DNA of 63,817 nt, filler included, from Octopus bimaculoides (lineage: Eukaryota), in NCBI RefSeq assembly GCF_001194135.2. It is 10 parts of 9 records of this genome, joined end to end, with 100 filler letters (N's around TTAATTAATTAA, not from the genome) between each part and the next. Parts side by side here need not be neighbours in the genome. Positions count along the whole stretch, not along the records: positions 1 to 26,466 come from NC_068992.1; positions 26,567 to 31,461 come from NW_026394471.1; 8 more parts are not named here. The stretch is one strand, 5' to 3'. Positions 14,721-26,659 of this stretch are shown here, piece by piece (the first letter of the stretch is position 1; each line of letters begins with the position of its first letter). The translations under genes and the position numbers were made by a program. The notes under the pieces are model-generated. The model saw only the letters and a list, made by a program, of their open reading frames with translations, had not been told where the DNA came from and did no database searches.

Positions 14721-16575
14721 ATCATTTATATATTTATATTTGCATGTTTCAAAATGCAGTATTGTTCTCATCTTGCTGCGTATTTATACATCCGTAGATA
14801 ATTAGGTAATGTTTTACAAGTAGTCATACGTGTGCATTTAACGGAACAACATTCAATATAATTTTCTGAGATTATAATCAGCATACATTTGATGATTAAT
14901 CATTTATAAAGTTGCAGCATAAGAATGCAATATATATACTGACACTCGCAAATTATATATAGGCAGAAATTTCATGACATGAACATATGTATATATATAT
15001 GTATATATATTACGTTTTGGGATTTGGTTTGCAAGATTCTTTCTGTGAGTTCGCGTGTTGAAGCTTATTCTGTTGTGTTTGGCGAGAGTCATTTTCTTTT
15101 GATGCCTTATAATTTATTAATTTGAAGCCTTATAATTTAACACACTCACTGGTAAAATTTCCACTTATATCTTTTTTATCTTTCTAAAATTTTCGTTGCG
15201 TTTTGCAACCTTTTCTATAGTTTCATGTAATGAAATGTCTGCCTTTAGATATTTTTGGGGCTCAATAAATGCGTTGTATTTTTATGCTGCAATTTTATAA
15301 ATGATTAATCATCAAATGTATGCTGGTTGTAATCTGTGCATATGGCTTGTTTGTGTGTAGTGGGGTATGTGAGTGCGTGTGTGAATGTGTAAGCTTGGGC
15401 TTCCTATGCTTGGGAAATGACGCACGGAGCCAACCGTTTGTCATTTTAGATCACATCCAAACAGTATTCTTTTTCAGTGTAACTTTAATGACTTTTGGCT
15501 TGGGAGTGTCATTAAACCAAAAATAATAAAAAAAGCACACACTTGTTCAGTATAAGTACTTGATTATACAGTTTGTTAAATATCTAACCAACTAACTAAA
15601 CGATCATTTCTTTAATGTGTTGGTTACAAAATTCAATCGGTTGCTTGTTTGTAAAAGTCCTTTCGTCGCTATTCATGAACCCATCCCTGAAATTCCTTTC
15701 TTCTTCAAGGACTGCCTTGAATCTGTCGAAGAATTTGTCTTGTAGCTATATGTTTGTGTGTTTGTATGTGTGTATGTAGATATGTGGTTGCTTCCAAGAG
15801 ATAGGAGGGCTAAGATTAAACGAGTGTAACGTGTGTGTGTGCGCGCGTGCATGTGTATGTGTGCACGTGTTTCTGCGAGTGTGTGCACGTGTGTGCGTAC
15901 GTGTATGTATGTGTGTGTGCATTTGGTTTGTCAAGTTCTGCGTGTGTACACTCGCGTGCCTGTATACCTTTGTGCGCTTGTGAGATGTGTACATGAAAAA
16001 TGTAACAAACCAGTCACATACTGTAATATAAAGATGCGATTCAATTGTTTTTATACGTATGTGTTTACCGAAACATATAATTGGTGACCATCATTGAAGT
16101 CCCTTCAATGTTTATACATACTTGTACTATCGAATGATTAAATATCTTAGACATATTTGCATAATTCCATTCTTAGATTCTTAAGAGAAAGCCATGTACA
16201 CGCGTAAAATACATAACAAATACTTATATCTACGTTAAGACTCCCACAGTATCATACACCGCAGTTATTTTGCTTGTATCAGCTTAAGCGGACACACATG
16301 AGGTGAGGTGCAAGATTGCATAATGATTCTACAAATGTTATGTAACTATATCGGCATTTTGCTGGTTCGAGTTTCGTACACTGCTCTACTCACGCCACGT
16401 ATCGTACTACACCAGATATTGGAGTAGAGAGTGAAAGTTATTACTGAACCCGATCTTTGGTTACGTGTCGCACTGCCCAATACCCCCTCTCTCTCTATAT
16501 ATAAACAGTATACACACATTTCTAAATGTATATATATATATGTATTCATATATATAAGGAGAGAGAGATACACAG

Positions 16576-16610
<35 letters not shown>

Positions 16611-16925
16611 NNNNNNNNNNNNNNNNNNNNNNNNNNNNNNNNNNNNNNNNNNNNNNNNNNNNNNNNNNNNNNNNNNNNNNNNNNNNNNNNNNNNNNNNNN
16701 NNNNNNNNNNNNNNNNNNNNNNNNNNNNNNNNNNNNNNNNNNNNNNNNNNNNNNNNNNNNNNNNNNNNNNNNNNNNNNNNNNNNNNNNNNNNNNNNNNNN
16801 NNNNNNNNNNNNNNNNNNNNNNNNNNNNNNNNNNNNNNNNNNNNNNNNNNNNNNNNNNNNNNNNNNNNNNNNNNNNNNNNNNNNNNNNNNNNNNNNNTAT
16901 ATATATAGATAGATAGATAGATAAG

Positions 16926-16967
<42 letters not shown>

Positions 16968-19519
16968 TGTACACATGGCTGATTTTGGAGAGCACTGCAT
17001 GACTAACAAACGTTCCATTAATTCAATGAAGGGAAATGATTCGATATCTTAGCAGCTGAATTTATAAGAGCCCACTTGTTTTGAATACCCTATGAAAGCA
17101 CCAAGAGACTGCGAAGTGTATACAAAAACGTATTCTGAATAAATTCGGCATTTGTCTATGTGAGATACGATATAAACTCACATCACTGCAATAATTTCAA
17201 CTACGGGATCGTCGGACACACTTATTCACCCAAAGACAAAGATGGCAAGAGTGTCATGGTTATGAAAGGAAATAAAGTAACAATCATTTCAATTCTTGTC
17301 TAGCATTTAAGTAAAAGTCTCTCACCTACATTTTCCCATTTTCTCCTTTTTTCTTTCTCTCCTTCTTTCTCCATATACTTACATATGTATAAACACACAC
17401 ACACGCACACACACACACACACATCTACATATACACATAACAATTATGGCTAAAGGAACAAGAAATCACCTACACAAGCATAGATTAGAAAAATTAACAT
17501 TTTCATCGTTGTCCAGTAACAGGACAAAACAGTGTAAATGATTCATCAATTAATCTAATTACTATAGAATATCTGACAAAGTCTTAATTAATCTGAATAT
17601 GCTTCAATAATGCAATATTTATTTAATCAGCTTAATTGACACGTCATCTATTTAACTATGATTGATTATAACCGTCTTCCTGAAAGGGAAAGATATTAAT
17701 CATGAATATTCTATCTAACAAGTTAAAGTCACATTAAAATAGATGCAGTCCTATGGCCTTACGACGTATCTTAGTTGGAATCAACAGCGTTGTGGATGCA
17801 TTACGAGTGAATGAATAATGCTATAAGACCATTAAATATAAGTTCTAAAGTTTCATGTCAACAGTGATTAATACATTATTTCTGTTCGAGCTTATTTATA
17901 TCCATATTCATAAATGATACTTAATAGAAGAGTGCCTATAGGTTACTAACAAAGACTTGGCAGTGTTTGTAGAAGCCGAAGATTTCAGCACGAATTCCAA
18001 GGCATCTGTTGGATGTGGCATGCAAATTGACGTATGTCAAAACGCTACTTTGTAGATACTTCGTCAGGCATAGAAGCCAATTAGTTTTTCGAACAGCTGA
18101 ATGCTTTGTCTTGACTTCAGTTTGAAAGTGATTATTCCACAGACACATGAACTATTAACACATTGTATAGTCTGAATGAATGTGGTACAGTGACATTTGG
18201 AATAGTGAGAGAAATCGAACGCAGTATTTATGCTATATCCTGCAAAAATGAAAATGAACGTGGATTACAGGGGCATTTAAATGTGTTTTGTGCATATTTA
18301 TGAGTATGAATGTGTGCTAGCACGTGTGTGTACGTACAAGAGAGATAGATAGATAGAGAGAGGGAGAGAGAGCGAGAGAGAGAGAGATAGAGAGAGAGCG
18401 AGAGAGAGAGATAGAGAGCGAGAGATAATTTGTGTGTGTGTGTGTGTGTATGTGTGTGTGTGTGTGTGTGTGTGAGACAGAGACGATGGTAGAAAACGAG
18501 ATGCTGAGAGTGAGAGTGAGAGCGGGAAAACGATTACCGCAAGTCATTCTGCCAATCTATCATTGGTAACCAACGAAACAATTTGTATGTTGGTATTGTA
18601 CAGCACTGTAATATGTTGAACATGTATCATAGTAAGAAGCATTTCACAAAACAAATACATATTAAGATCGAGTGTAGTAGATGCTGCGATGAAATTTGAT
18701 TGTCAAATTTTACATCGACTATATAATATGTTTCACATAAACAAGAGAAATGTTGATTCAGAGAAGAATTTTACAATAATGGATAGCATAACAAATACAC
18801 TCGCTAATGTATGATATATATACATTTAATATAATGTTCCTGAAGTTGATATGAAAGTCTTGCAATGTCACTTAGTATATAGATTTGTAAATTATTCTAC
18901 GTCTTCATTTATCTAGATATTGTCACAAGTGGTGTTTAAAGAATATGTTTATATCAACAAGATATATTACTGAATAAAATTAAATAATTGCATATGAACA
19001 TCTTAATCGGTTAGAATTAAATAAAGGAAAATTAGATTCATTTAGAAGATAAACGCTTATCTAAGATAAATATATTGTGAATAGTATTGTTAAAAAATTA
19101 CACGCAATATTAATATTTATGACATTTATCACAAAGGCTCTGACTATCACATTCTGATGAAGATAAATGTATCTTCACCGCATATATATATATATATATA
19201 TTCTTCTTTATACATTTCTAGTACCTATACATACATATGTATACATACACAGACAGACATATATGTGTAACTCATTGTATGTATTTATTACCTGGAGTAA
19301 AACTTATATTTCTATGGAATTAGTAGAATATAAATTTTACTTAAATTGCTTTCACGATAGCAAGACTTAAAAAAACAACAATTTGATTTAAATTCGTTGG
19401 TACACTTGAGTTTCAAGCGTGATGCTAATCGTCAGCCATTTTGAATTTGAATGACAGAAGCTGATTGATATTACCGTAAGGTGGACTGCGATTGGTTGAA
19501 GACGGTCACGCAATGCCAT
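11012..19519 (-). CDS. Candidate multi-exon gene of unknown function (exons 19475-19519, 15628-15745, 12591-12636, 12242-12323, 11012-11101); unverified
   Basis: GT-AG bounded open segments with compatible phases give a 126-aa peptide with no family I recognise. Only the 12591-12636 and 12242-12323 splice signals are convincing. Confidence 0.25.
12098..12148. repeat. 17-bp tandem repeat x3 (AAACATCACATGTTAGC)
   Basis: Three perfect copies read directly. Confidence 0.95.
14274..14640. repeat. ~365-bp imperfect palindrome (foldback/MITE-like element)
   Basis: The arms pair by eye: CAGTTGAGGTATTCCAA / TTGGAATACCTCAATTG near the centre, ATCTTCAGGG / CCCTGAAGAT, GCATTTTTTAAGA / TCTTAAAAAATGC, and TTAACATTGC / GCAATGTTAA further out. 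Confidence 0.85.
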
Positions 19520-19871
19520 GGTTTAATGTTGTTATATGGGTAACAATTTGTTTGAAACTACTGCATGACGAAGAGGAAATTGACGACGTGGAAGATAGGA
19601 AACAGACCACATGGCGATTAGAAATCGCTCAGATTGTTGGGTGGGTGGGTGTTAGTACGAAGGGGCGGCATGTGCAAGTATATAGCTCTTTATGTGGGTG
19701 TGCAGACGTGCACATAGTTTTGCGGTCATGTGTACATTGATGCATCAATATATATATATATATTAAATATATACTTTTATAAAACAAAATTTTACAAAAT
19801 ATATAGTATCTGTTAACAGTCTTAGCAAAACCCCACAGGTGAGTTTTTGTTTCTTTTTTTTTCCTCTTTCT

Positions 19872-20096
19872 TCTTAAAATATAGAGCTCAAAATCGATGC
19901 ATTGAAGATACTTTATTGCAGCAACAATTATAATAGCAGAAACAACCACAATAAGCCAAACCTATGCACATTTCCATAGAGCATCCAGGATAGGAAATGT
20001 GCATAGGTTTGGCGTATTGTGGTTGTTTCTGCTATTATAATTGTTGCTGCAAAAAAGTATCTTCAATGCATCGATTTTGAGCTCTATCTTTTAAGA
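19872..20096. repeat. Near-perfect 225-bp palindrome (104-bp arms, 17-nt spacer)
   Basis: 19872-19975 is the reverse complement of 19993-20096 with 3 mismatches by my count. This explains the twin ORFs MVVSAIIIVAA on opposite strands. Confidence 0.95.
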
Positions 20097-20144
<48 letters not shown>

Positions 20145-20534
20145 NNNNNNNNNNNNNNNNNNNNNNNNNNNNNNNNNNNNNNNNNNNNNNNNNNNNNNNN
20201 NNNNNNNNNNNNNNNNNNNNNNNNNNNNNNNNNNNNNNNNNNNNNNNNNNNNNNNNNNNNNNNNNNNNNNNNNNNNNNNNNNNNNNNNNNNNNNNNNNNN
20301 NNNNNNNNNNNNNNNNNNNNNNNNNNNNNNNNNNNNNNNNNNNNNNNNNNNNNNNNNNNNNNNNNNNNNNNNNNNNNNNNNNNNNNNNNNNNNNNNNNNN
20401 NNNNNNNNNNNNNNNNNNNNNNNNNNNNNNNNNNNNNNNNNNNNNNNNNNNNNNNNNNNNNNNNNNNNNNNNNNNNNNNNNNNNNNNNNNNNNNNNNNNN
20501 NNNNNNNNNNNNNNNNNNTATATATATATATATA

Positions 20535-20635
20535 TCTTTTATTCCTTTACTTGATTCAGTCATATGACTCCAGCCATGTTGGGGCACAACCTTCATGGTT
20601 TTTAGTTAAATAAATCACCTTGTACTTATTCTATG
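20535..20635 (-). mobile_element. Decayed 3' fragment of a family A-like SINE
   Basis: TTCAGTCATATGACTCCAGCCATGTTGGGGCAC matches the reverse complement of the family A tail. Confidence 0.6.
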
Positions 20636-20639
20636 AGTT

Positions 20640-21010
20640 ATGGCGCTACGAGATCCGTAACCTCACGAGTGGAAGATTATATGCTTTTAATATATTGGGC
20701 TTCTAAGCTTCGTTTCTAGGCCATGCCTTCTTTCCTATTCCTTATTCTCTTTGTTTATATTGGATGCTCTTGTTCTTTACTCTGAAGAAGCTCCGTGCCT
20801 TAATCCGAATGTCCTATGAAGATGAAGAATTTTATTTTCGTAGATATTTATAGGCAGCGTTTGGAAACGGATGTAGAAACGGCCGTCACATTTGTCACGT
20901 CGCCATTTGTTATGTCATGCTTTGTATATTAAAAATTAGTTATAAATGTGGTCGAATCGATGTGTTTGTTAATCGGAGGTTTTCTCCATTTTCTGATTAT
21001 TTGCATTTGG
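20640..21010 (+). mobile_element. Possible Penelope-like pseudo-LTR remnant with degenerate hammerhead motifs
   Basis: CTGAAGA at 20782 and GAAAC-GGCC-GTC at 20876-20887 (palindromic stem III plus GUC); stem II is not clean. Confidence 0.35.
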
Positions 21011-21193
21011 TTGCTGATAAACTATTGTTTATCCTATAGTTACCACCACTCTACGAGTATAGTGTCCCTGCACACCAATGTCCGGGTATAGCACGTGTAA
21101 CGGATACCGATAGTGCATACAGATATTTTATCCCGTAGTCGGTTATTACAACAACTAACTCTGTTTTTTACACTGTATATATATATACACACA

Positions 21194-21224
<31 letters not shown>

Positions 21225-21935
21225 NNNNNNNNNNNNNNNNNNNNNNNNNNNNNNNNNNNNNNNNNNNNNNNNNNNNNNNNNNNNNNNNNNNNNNNNNNNN
21301 NNNNNNNNNNNNNNNNNNNNNNNNNNNNNNNNNNNNNNNNNNNNNNNNNNNNNNNNNNNNNNNNNNNNNNNNNNNNNNNNNNNNNNNNNNNNNNNNNNNN
21401 NNNNNNNNNNNNNNNNNNNNNNNNNNNNNNNNNNNNNNNNNNNNNNNNNNNNNNNNNNNNNNNNNNNNNNNNNNNNNNNNNNNNNNNNNNNNNNNNNNNN
21501 NNNNNNNNNNNNNNNNNNNNNNNNNNNNNNNNNNNNNNNNNNNNNNNNNNNNNNNNNNNNNNNNNNNNNNNNNNNNNNNNNNNNNNNNNNNNNNNNNNNN
21601 NNNNNNNNNNNNNNNNNNNNNNNNNNNNNNNNNNNNNNNNNNNNNNNNNNNNNNNNNNNNNNNNNNNNNNNNNNNNNNNNNNNNNNNNNNNNNNNNNNNN
21701 NNNNNNNNNNNNNNNNNNNNNNNNNNNNNNNNNNNNNNNNNNNNNNNNNNNNNNNNNNNNNNNNNNNNNNNNNNNNNNNNNNNNNNNNNNNNNNNNNNNN
21801 NNNNNNNNNNNNNNNNNNNNNNNNNNNNNNNNNNNNNNNNNNNNNNNNNNNNNNNNTATATATATATGTATGTATGTATATCTGTATATATATATATTTT
21901 TGTATGTATATATATATATATATATATGTATATAT

Positions 21936-22013
21936 TATAGCCTGACGCCGATCAAAGACTTGTGAATGGATTTCGTACACGGAAACCGAAAGAACACTGT
22001 CGTATATATGTGC

Positions 22014-22058
<45 letters not shown>

Positions 22059-22262
22059 TGTGTCTGGGTTTGTACCCCTCCCATTGCTTGACAACCGATG
22101 TTGCTGTTTTTATGTTCCCATAACTTAGGGCTTCGCCAAAAGGCATTAATAGAGTAAGTTCTAGGCTTACAAATAAAAAAAATCCTGTGGTCGATTTAAT
22201 TTCGACCAATGTCGGTGCTCCAGCATGGCCGCAGTCACATGACTGAAACATGTAAAACAAAA
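21936..22262 (+). mobile_element. SINE family A, 5' part lost in gap
   Basis: Homologous to 9468-9916 and 47789-48414, including the internal (GT)n and the GGTGCTCCAGCATGGCCGCAGTC tail. Confidence 0.85.
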
Positions 22263-24371
22263 AAAAAAAACTATGCCATTTGAATCCCAAGCAAGGCTGG
22301 GTATCTCTGCCACTATATATATTTCCATAGGCACACTCAGAGAAATGTCAAATGAATATTCTTTTATGGCACGTTTCCTGCCTGACAAACATATTAAATG
22401 ATTAAAATAGAAGCTCATTATATGTGTGTTCCTGCGTTTTCGCTTATATGTATCTGTAAGTGGATTTAGGAAGATCTAGTTACTACACATAACACAGCCT
22501 TGTTTGAAGCACTATAAAAATCATTAGTGGGGTTTCATAATAGTTAGTATTTTGTAGAAAAACTTATGAACTTCAATTTAGTGACGTAAATATAAATTAT
22601 ATTTGATTACTGTGTAACCATGTTAGTAGTACTAACACATGAAAAGAAAGTTATAATGTAATCTAAGAAAATGGAATGCAGGGACTAAGAATTTTGTCTT
22701 AGAGTGTTACTGTTGTTTGTAAGTGTATAGTGTCTTTTGGGTAATTTGGAGAGATATTCCCTGGTAATTGATGAAGTTGAGACGTATATCAAGGTGTCTG
22801 CAGCATATATAGAACAACAATATAATTCTAAATGAAATATTTCCAAAGATTAGCTGATTACCGTAGTGAAGCAGAATCGATTACTTTCAATTCAAAGAGA
22901 ATTACTAAGATGATAAGAAAGTTCTATAATGGAATAGATTTGAACTGTTTAATAAAATATGTATTCTGTTATGGTATGCATAATGATTAACTTTGTAAAT
23001 AGTTACCTAGAATAGAAAGGTGTTGTGAAAGCTCTCTCATGTATTATAGAGGAATTTACTTGGGTGGAAATTATTAGAGTAATTATATTTATATTAATAT
23101 TTAAAGGTTTCTTGCTGCTTAGTCGTTCAATCATCAATAAATTTTGTATCGATGAACAGAGCTTTTTATGGCAAAGATCATATATGTGAGAACTGGAAGA
23201 GCATATATAGTGGCGCGAAAAGTATATCGGTTATCTAATGTCACATTTCGATGTATGATGTAAAATGTAAGATGGACAACGGTGCAGTTTTCAAAAGGCA
23301 AATGTTAAAGGTTAATTATCATAGATTTGGTTTACACGTTAGATGTTATATAACAAAGGTCAGCAAAATGGGAAAAGTAGGAATAGCTAAATTAATATTA
23401 AATATAGGAAACAAGAAGACATATGTATAGGTGCTACAAGAAAATATTTGAAATCTAATGGAATATTTTGAAGTACATGGCAAAGTGTAAGACGAAACAC
23501 TGATTTCCACTCAATAATTTAGCGAGGAGTTGCCTTACGTTTGCCAAATAGAATAATATAATGAACTGTTATGAATTTACTGGACTTTATGAAACATAAT
23601 GTGAATATTAGAAATGAAGGAAGAGGGTAAGTATAATGTATTTAGTCAAGAATGATTTTTTAAAAATGTGTCTCGCCATATCTGTTTGCCTAAGATGTAA
23701 TTGAAAATAATAGAAAGATTAGCAAGACAATTAGAGATTTTGAATGTCAAATGCCTATAAATGCAAACTGATTTTAAGTGTGTTATGCAAACAAATATAA
23801 GATTTGGTGTAAGATAATCAATTAAAGTTCTTACTAAAATAAAATCTACATATTTACAATCTAGACAGTTTACGAAATTGTTCAATTTGATAATACCGTT
23901 TAATACGAAACTGTACAGCATAATATAGTCATTAAATTAATTTTATGTATACAAATGAAATTTCAATATCATGAAACAACAAGGATAAATTTTACGGTAT
24001 TTCAAGCATCAAAGACCGCATGTATCAGAAAAAGATGCTAAAGAAATTCACCGAAAAATCCGAGTGAAGTAAATGAAACATCACTTAGCTTTTGCTCCTT
24101 TCTACAATGATCAGTAAATCGCAAGTGCAAATAAAATAAGATACTCAGTAAACACTCCATATGTCTACCTCTGACATTGTGTATAAATGGAAAATATGAA
24201 GGATCCAATGAAGTACATTGTTATCAAAAATTGTGAAAAAAATATCGAGCAGTTTGAGTTGTTAGAAATAATATGTTCTAGATTGAACGTATTGTCTGAT
24301 TCTTCTGCACTTTAGTCTTGTAGNNNNNNNNNNNNNNNNNNNNNNNNNNNNNNNNNNNNNNNNNNNNNNNN

Positions 24372-24412
<41 letters not shown>

Positions 24413-26060
24413 CACACATACATACACACACACATATATATATATATGTATAGACATACATACATACATACATATATACATACATACACACACAGACACA
24501 TACATATATAAATATATATATAATTAGTTGATATTTCACTGAGAAACTAATGCTTGGAAATGTGTTAGCGATATAATTTATGACTGCCTCAGTCAAAACA
24601 ACTCAGCTGAATTCTCGAACTTGCTACTGCTCTTCACAGACATCAATTATTAACACATCATTATTTCCAACTCATAAATGAAACGGGATTAACTTTTATA
24701 TTGTAATGAATTTAGCTTGGTACGTTACTGTCTAGGCATTCTAAAATCTCTAAAGACATATTCAAAGAGAGAAAACGAACAATAAACAGAAAACAAAAAC
24801 GAAAGAAAATATATGATGGAAATGTGATTTTCACACGTCTGATAGATTTATTAAAATGATGTTTATTGAATACGGTGAAAATAACAAATAAATTAAATCA
24901 TTAATTGATTATGCTGCATATTTAATTTCAAAGCGAATCGTATGACAAAAGACAAAGTAAGAAAACCAATAACACATAAAAGGATAAAAATAAACAACAA
25001 GTGACGCTCTCATGTGGAAGATACAAAGATTTTATAATAATAATGCAGTTAAAGAGTTTCTATGTTTTAAAAATAAATGAACGTATACAATTGTATGAAT
25101 GAATACACATAGATATATTGTAATATAAAGATTACTTTCTCATTCATCTATGCATATATCTATGTGTGTGAGTGTGTTTGTAAGCGTGTGTGTGCGGTAA
25201 ATCCTAGCTTGATATATAATCGGGTAATTGCTAAAGTGGCGAAAGCAAGCTGAAAAGATAGCGGGTCAGCACTGTCTTCTATCGAGATGTTTCATTATCA
25301 TTGAGGTAGGACCATACGCTCAGAGTGCACTAGATGAGAATTTTAGACTCATCGCAAATGGTAAATGTGTTGTACATATAAATGAATCACAATGAAAAAA
25401 TATTTTTCTACCACATTTATAAAATATTGCAGTGATAGTTCTAAGGCAGCATTGTAGTTTGTTATATTATCGCATATATGGTCGGGTTGCGTGATAATTA
25501 TAGTGACTGCAGATCAAAGTCAAATGAAATTTCTTTTGTTCACATTCGAGTTCTTATTACTTTTTACATCGCACACTAACATATTTGCAATTTTTTCCGC
25601 CATGTTAATACTTCCTCAGATTATGGAATTTCGCGCTTACGGAAATTGTATGGTATGACAATTAACTTCGGTTAAGTTGTATAATTTTCCTGTTGACTTC
25701 TTAGGCTTCAAAATCTACAAATTTGTACGTGATGCATTAGTTGAGATGAAAGTAGCGAGGCAGTTGAAAAAACTGTCGTGATGATTAATTGATAGAAAGA
25801 TACATACATACATGTATGCATACATACACACATACATACATACATACATACATAAATACATACATACTTACTTACATACATACATATATATATGCATGCA
25901 TATATATTTTAACACTCATTATTTTTGAAGAAGGTGCCCATAAATTATATACTTGTTGCACATGGTTTCCTAGAGAAGGTTAAGGATAAGAGTACTGACG
26001 AACATGGAAATATTTTCGTAAATAAATGTTACTTATATACACTTATAGTAATGATAATGA

Positions 26061-26119
<59 letters not shown>

Positions 26120-26125
<6 letters not shown>

Positions 26126-26300
26126 ACAATAATAATAATAGCAACATCGAAAAATACCTTAGGAACCAGAACCCAGGTTCGAAATTTCCACAAAACACCT
26201 GATGAAGGCTGAAAGGTATATCAGCCGAAACGTTGTGTTAACAACAAACACAATGAGTAGAAATATCCGTCAAATGTAAATAATTTAAATGATGTAAATA
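26120..26300 (+). mobile_element. Headless copy of the hammerhead-bearing SINE (family H)
   Basis: Nearly identical to the bodies at 62563-62720 and 62930-63057; preceded by (TAC)n/(TAA)n. Confidence 0.9.
26194..26239 (+). ncRNA. Predicted minimal type I hammerhead ribozyme (Penelope-like, dimer-dependent)
   Basis: AACAC-CTGATGA-A-GGCTG-(10-nt loop)-CAGCC-GAAAC-GTT-GTGTT. Stem I has 5 bp, stem II has 5 bp, the core CUGAUGA/GAAA is intact, stem III is the palindrome ACGU, and the cleavage triplet is GUU. Confidence 0.75.
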
Positions 26301-26425
26301 AAGAAACCATTGAATATGCGCTTACTTATATACCTATATACGTATGGTCGAGTCGTCCGCGACGAAACTGGCAACCTCACCAAGCTTACTTGGTGTGGAT
26401 GAAAAAAAAGACTAGTGAAAGGGCA

Positions 26426-26466
<41 letters not shown>

Positions 26467-26566
26467 NNNNNNNNNNNNNNNNNNNNNNNNNNNNNNNNNN
26501 NNNNNNNNNNTTAATTAATTAANNNNNNNNNNNNNNNNNNNNNNNNNNNNNNNNNNNNNNNNNNNN
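26467..26566. other. Artificial scaffold spacer N44-TTAATTAATTAA-N44 (also at 31462, 36983, 47245, 51452, 53443, 58993, 61065, 62303)
   Basis: Nine occurrences, each exactly 44 N + 12 nt + 44 N = 100 bp. The 12-mer has stops in all six frames. Confidence 0.97.
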
Positions 26567-26598
<32 letters not shown>

Positions 26599-26659
26599 CA
26601 AATACATGTATAACACGTATATATATATGTGTATATATATATATATATACATATATACG

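Noticed and set aside
5935-18031. Plus-strand exon chain (5935-6081, 6159-6239 VISGAYVFCVCLLFAFLHG.., ~7251-7321, ~9089-9188, 17942-18031 VTNKDLAVFVEAEDFS..)
   Set aside because: Phases can be made to fit and the first peptide looks like a signal sequence, but there is no in-frame start, several acceptors are weak and no family is recognisable. It shows how easily chance chains arise and is kept only as a fallback to test with RNA-seq.
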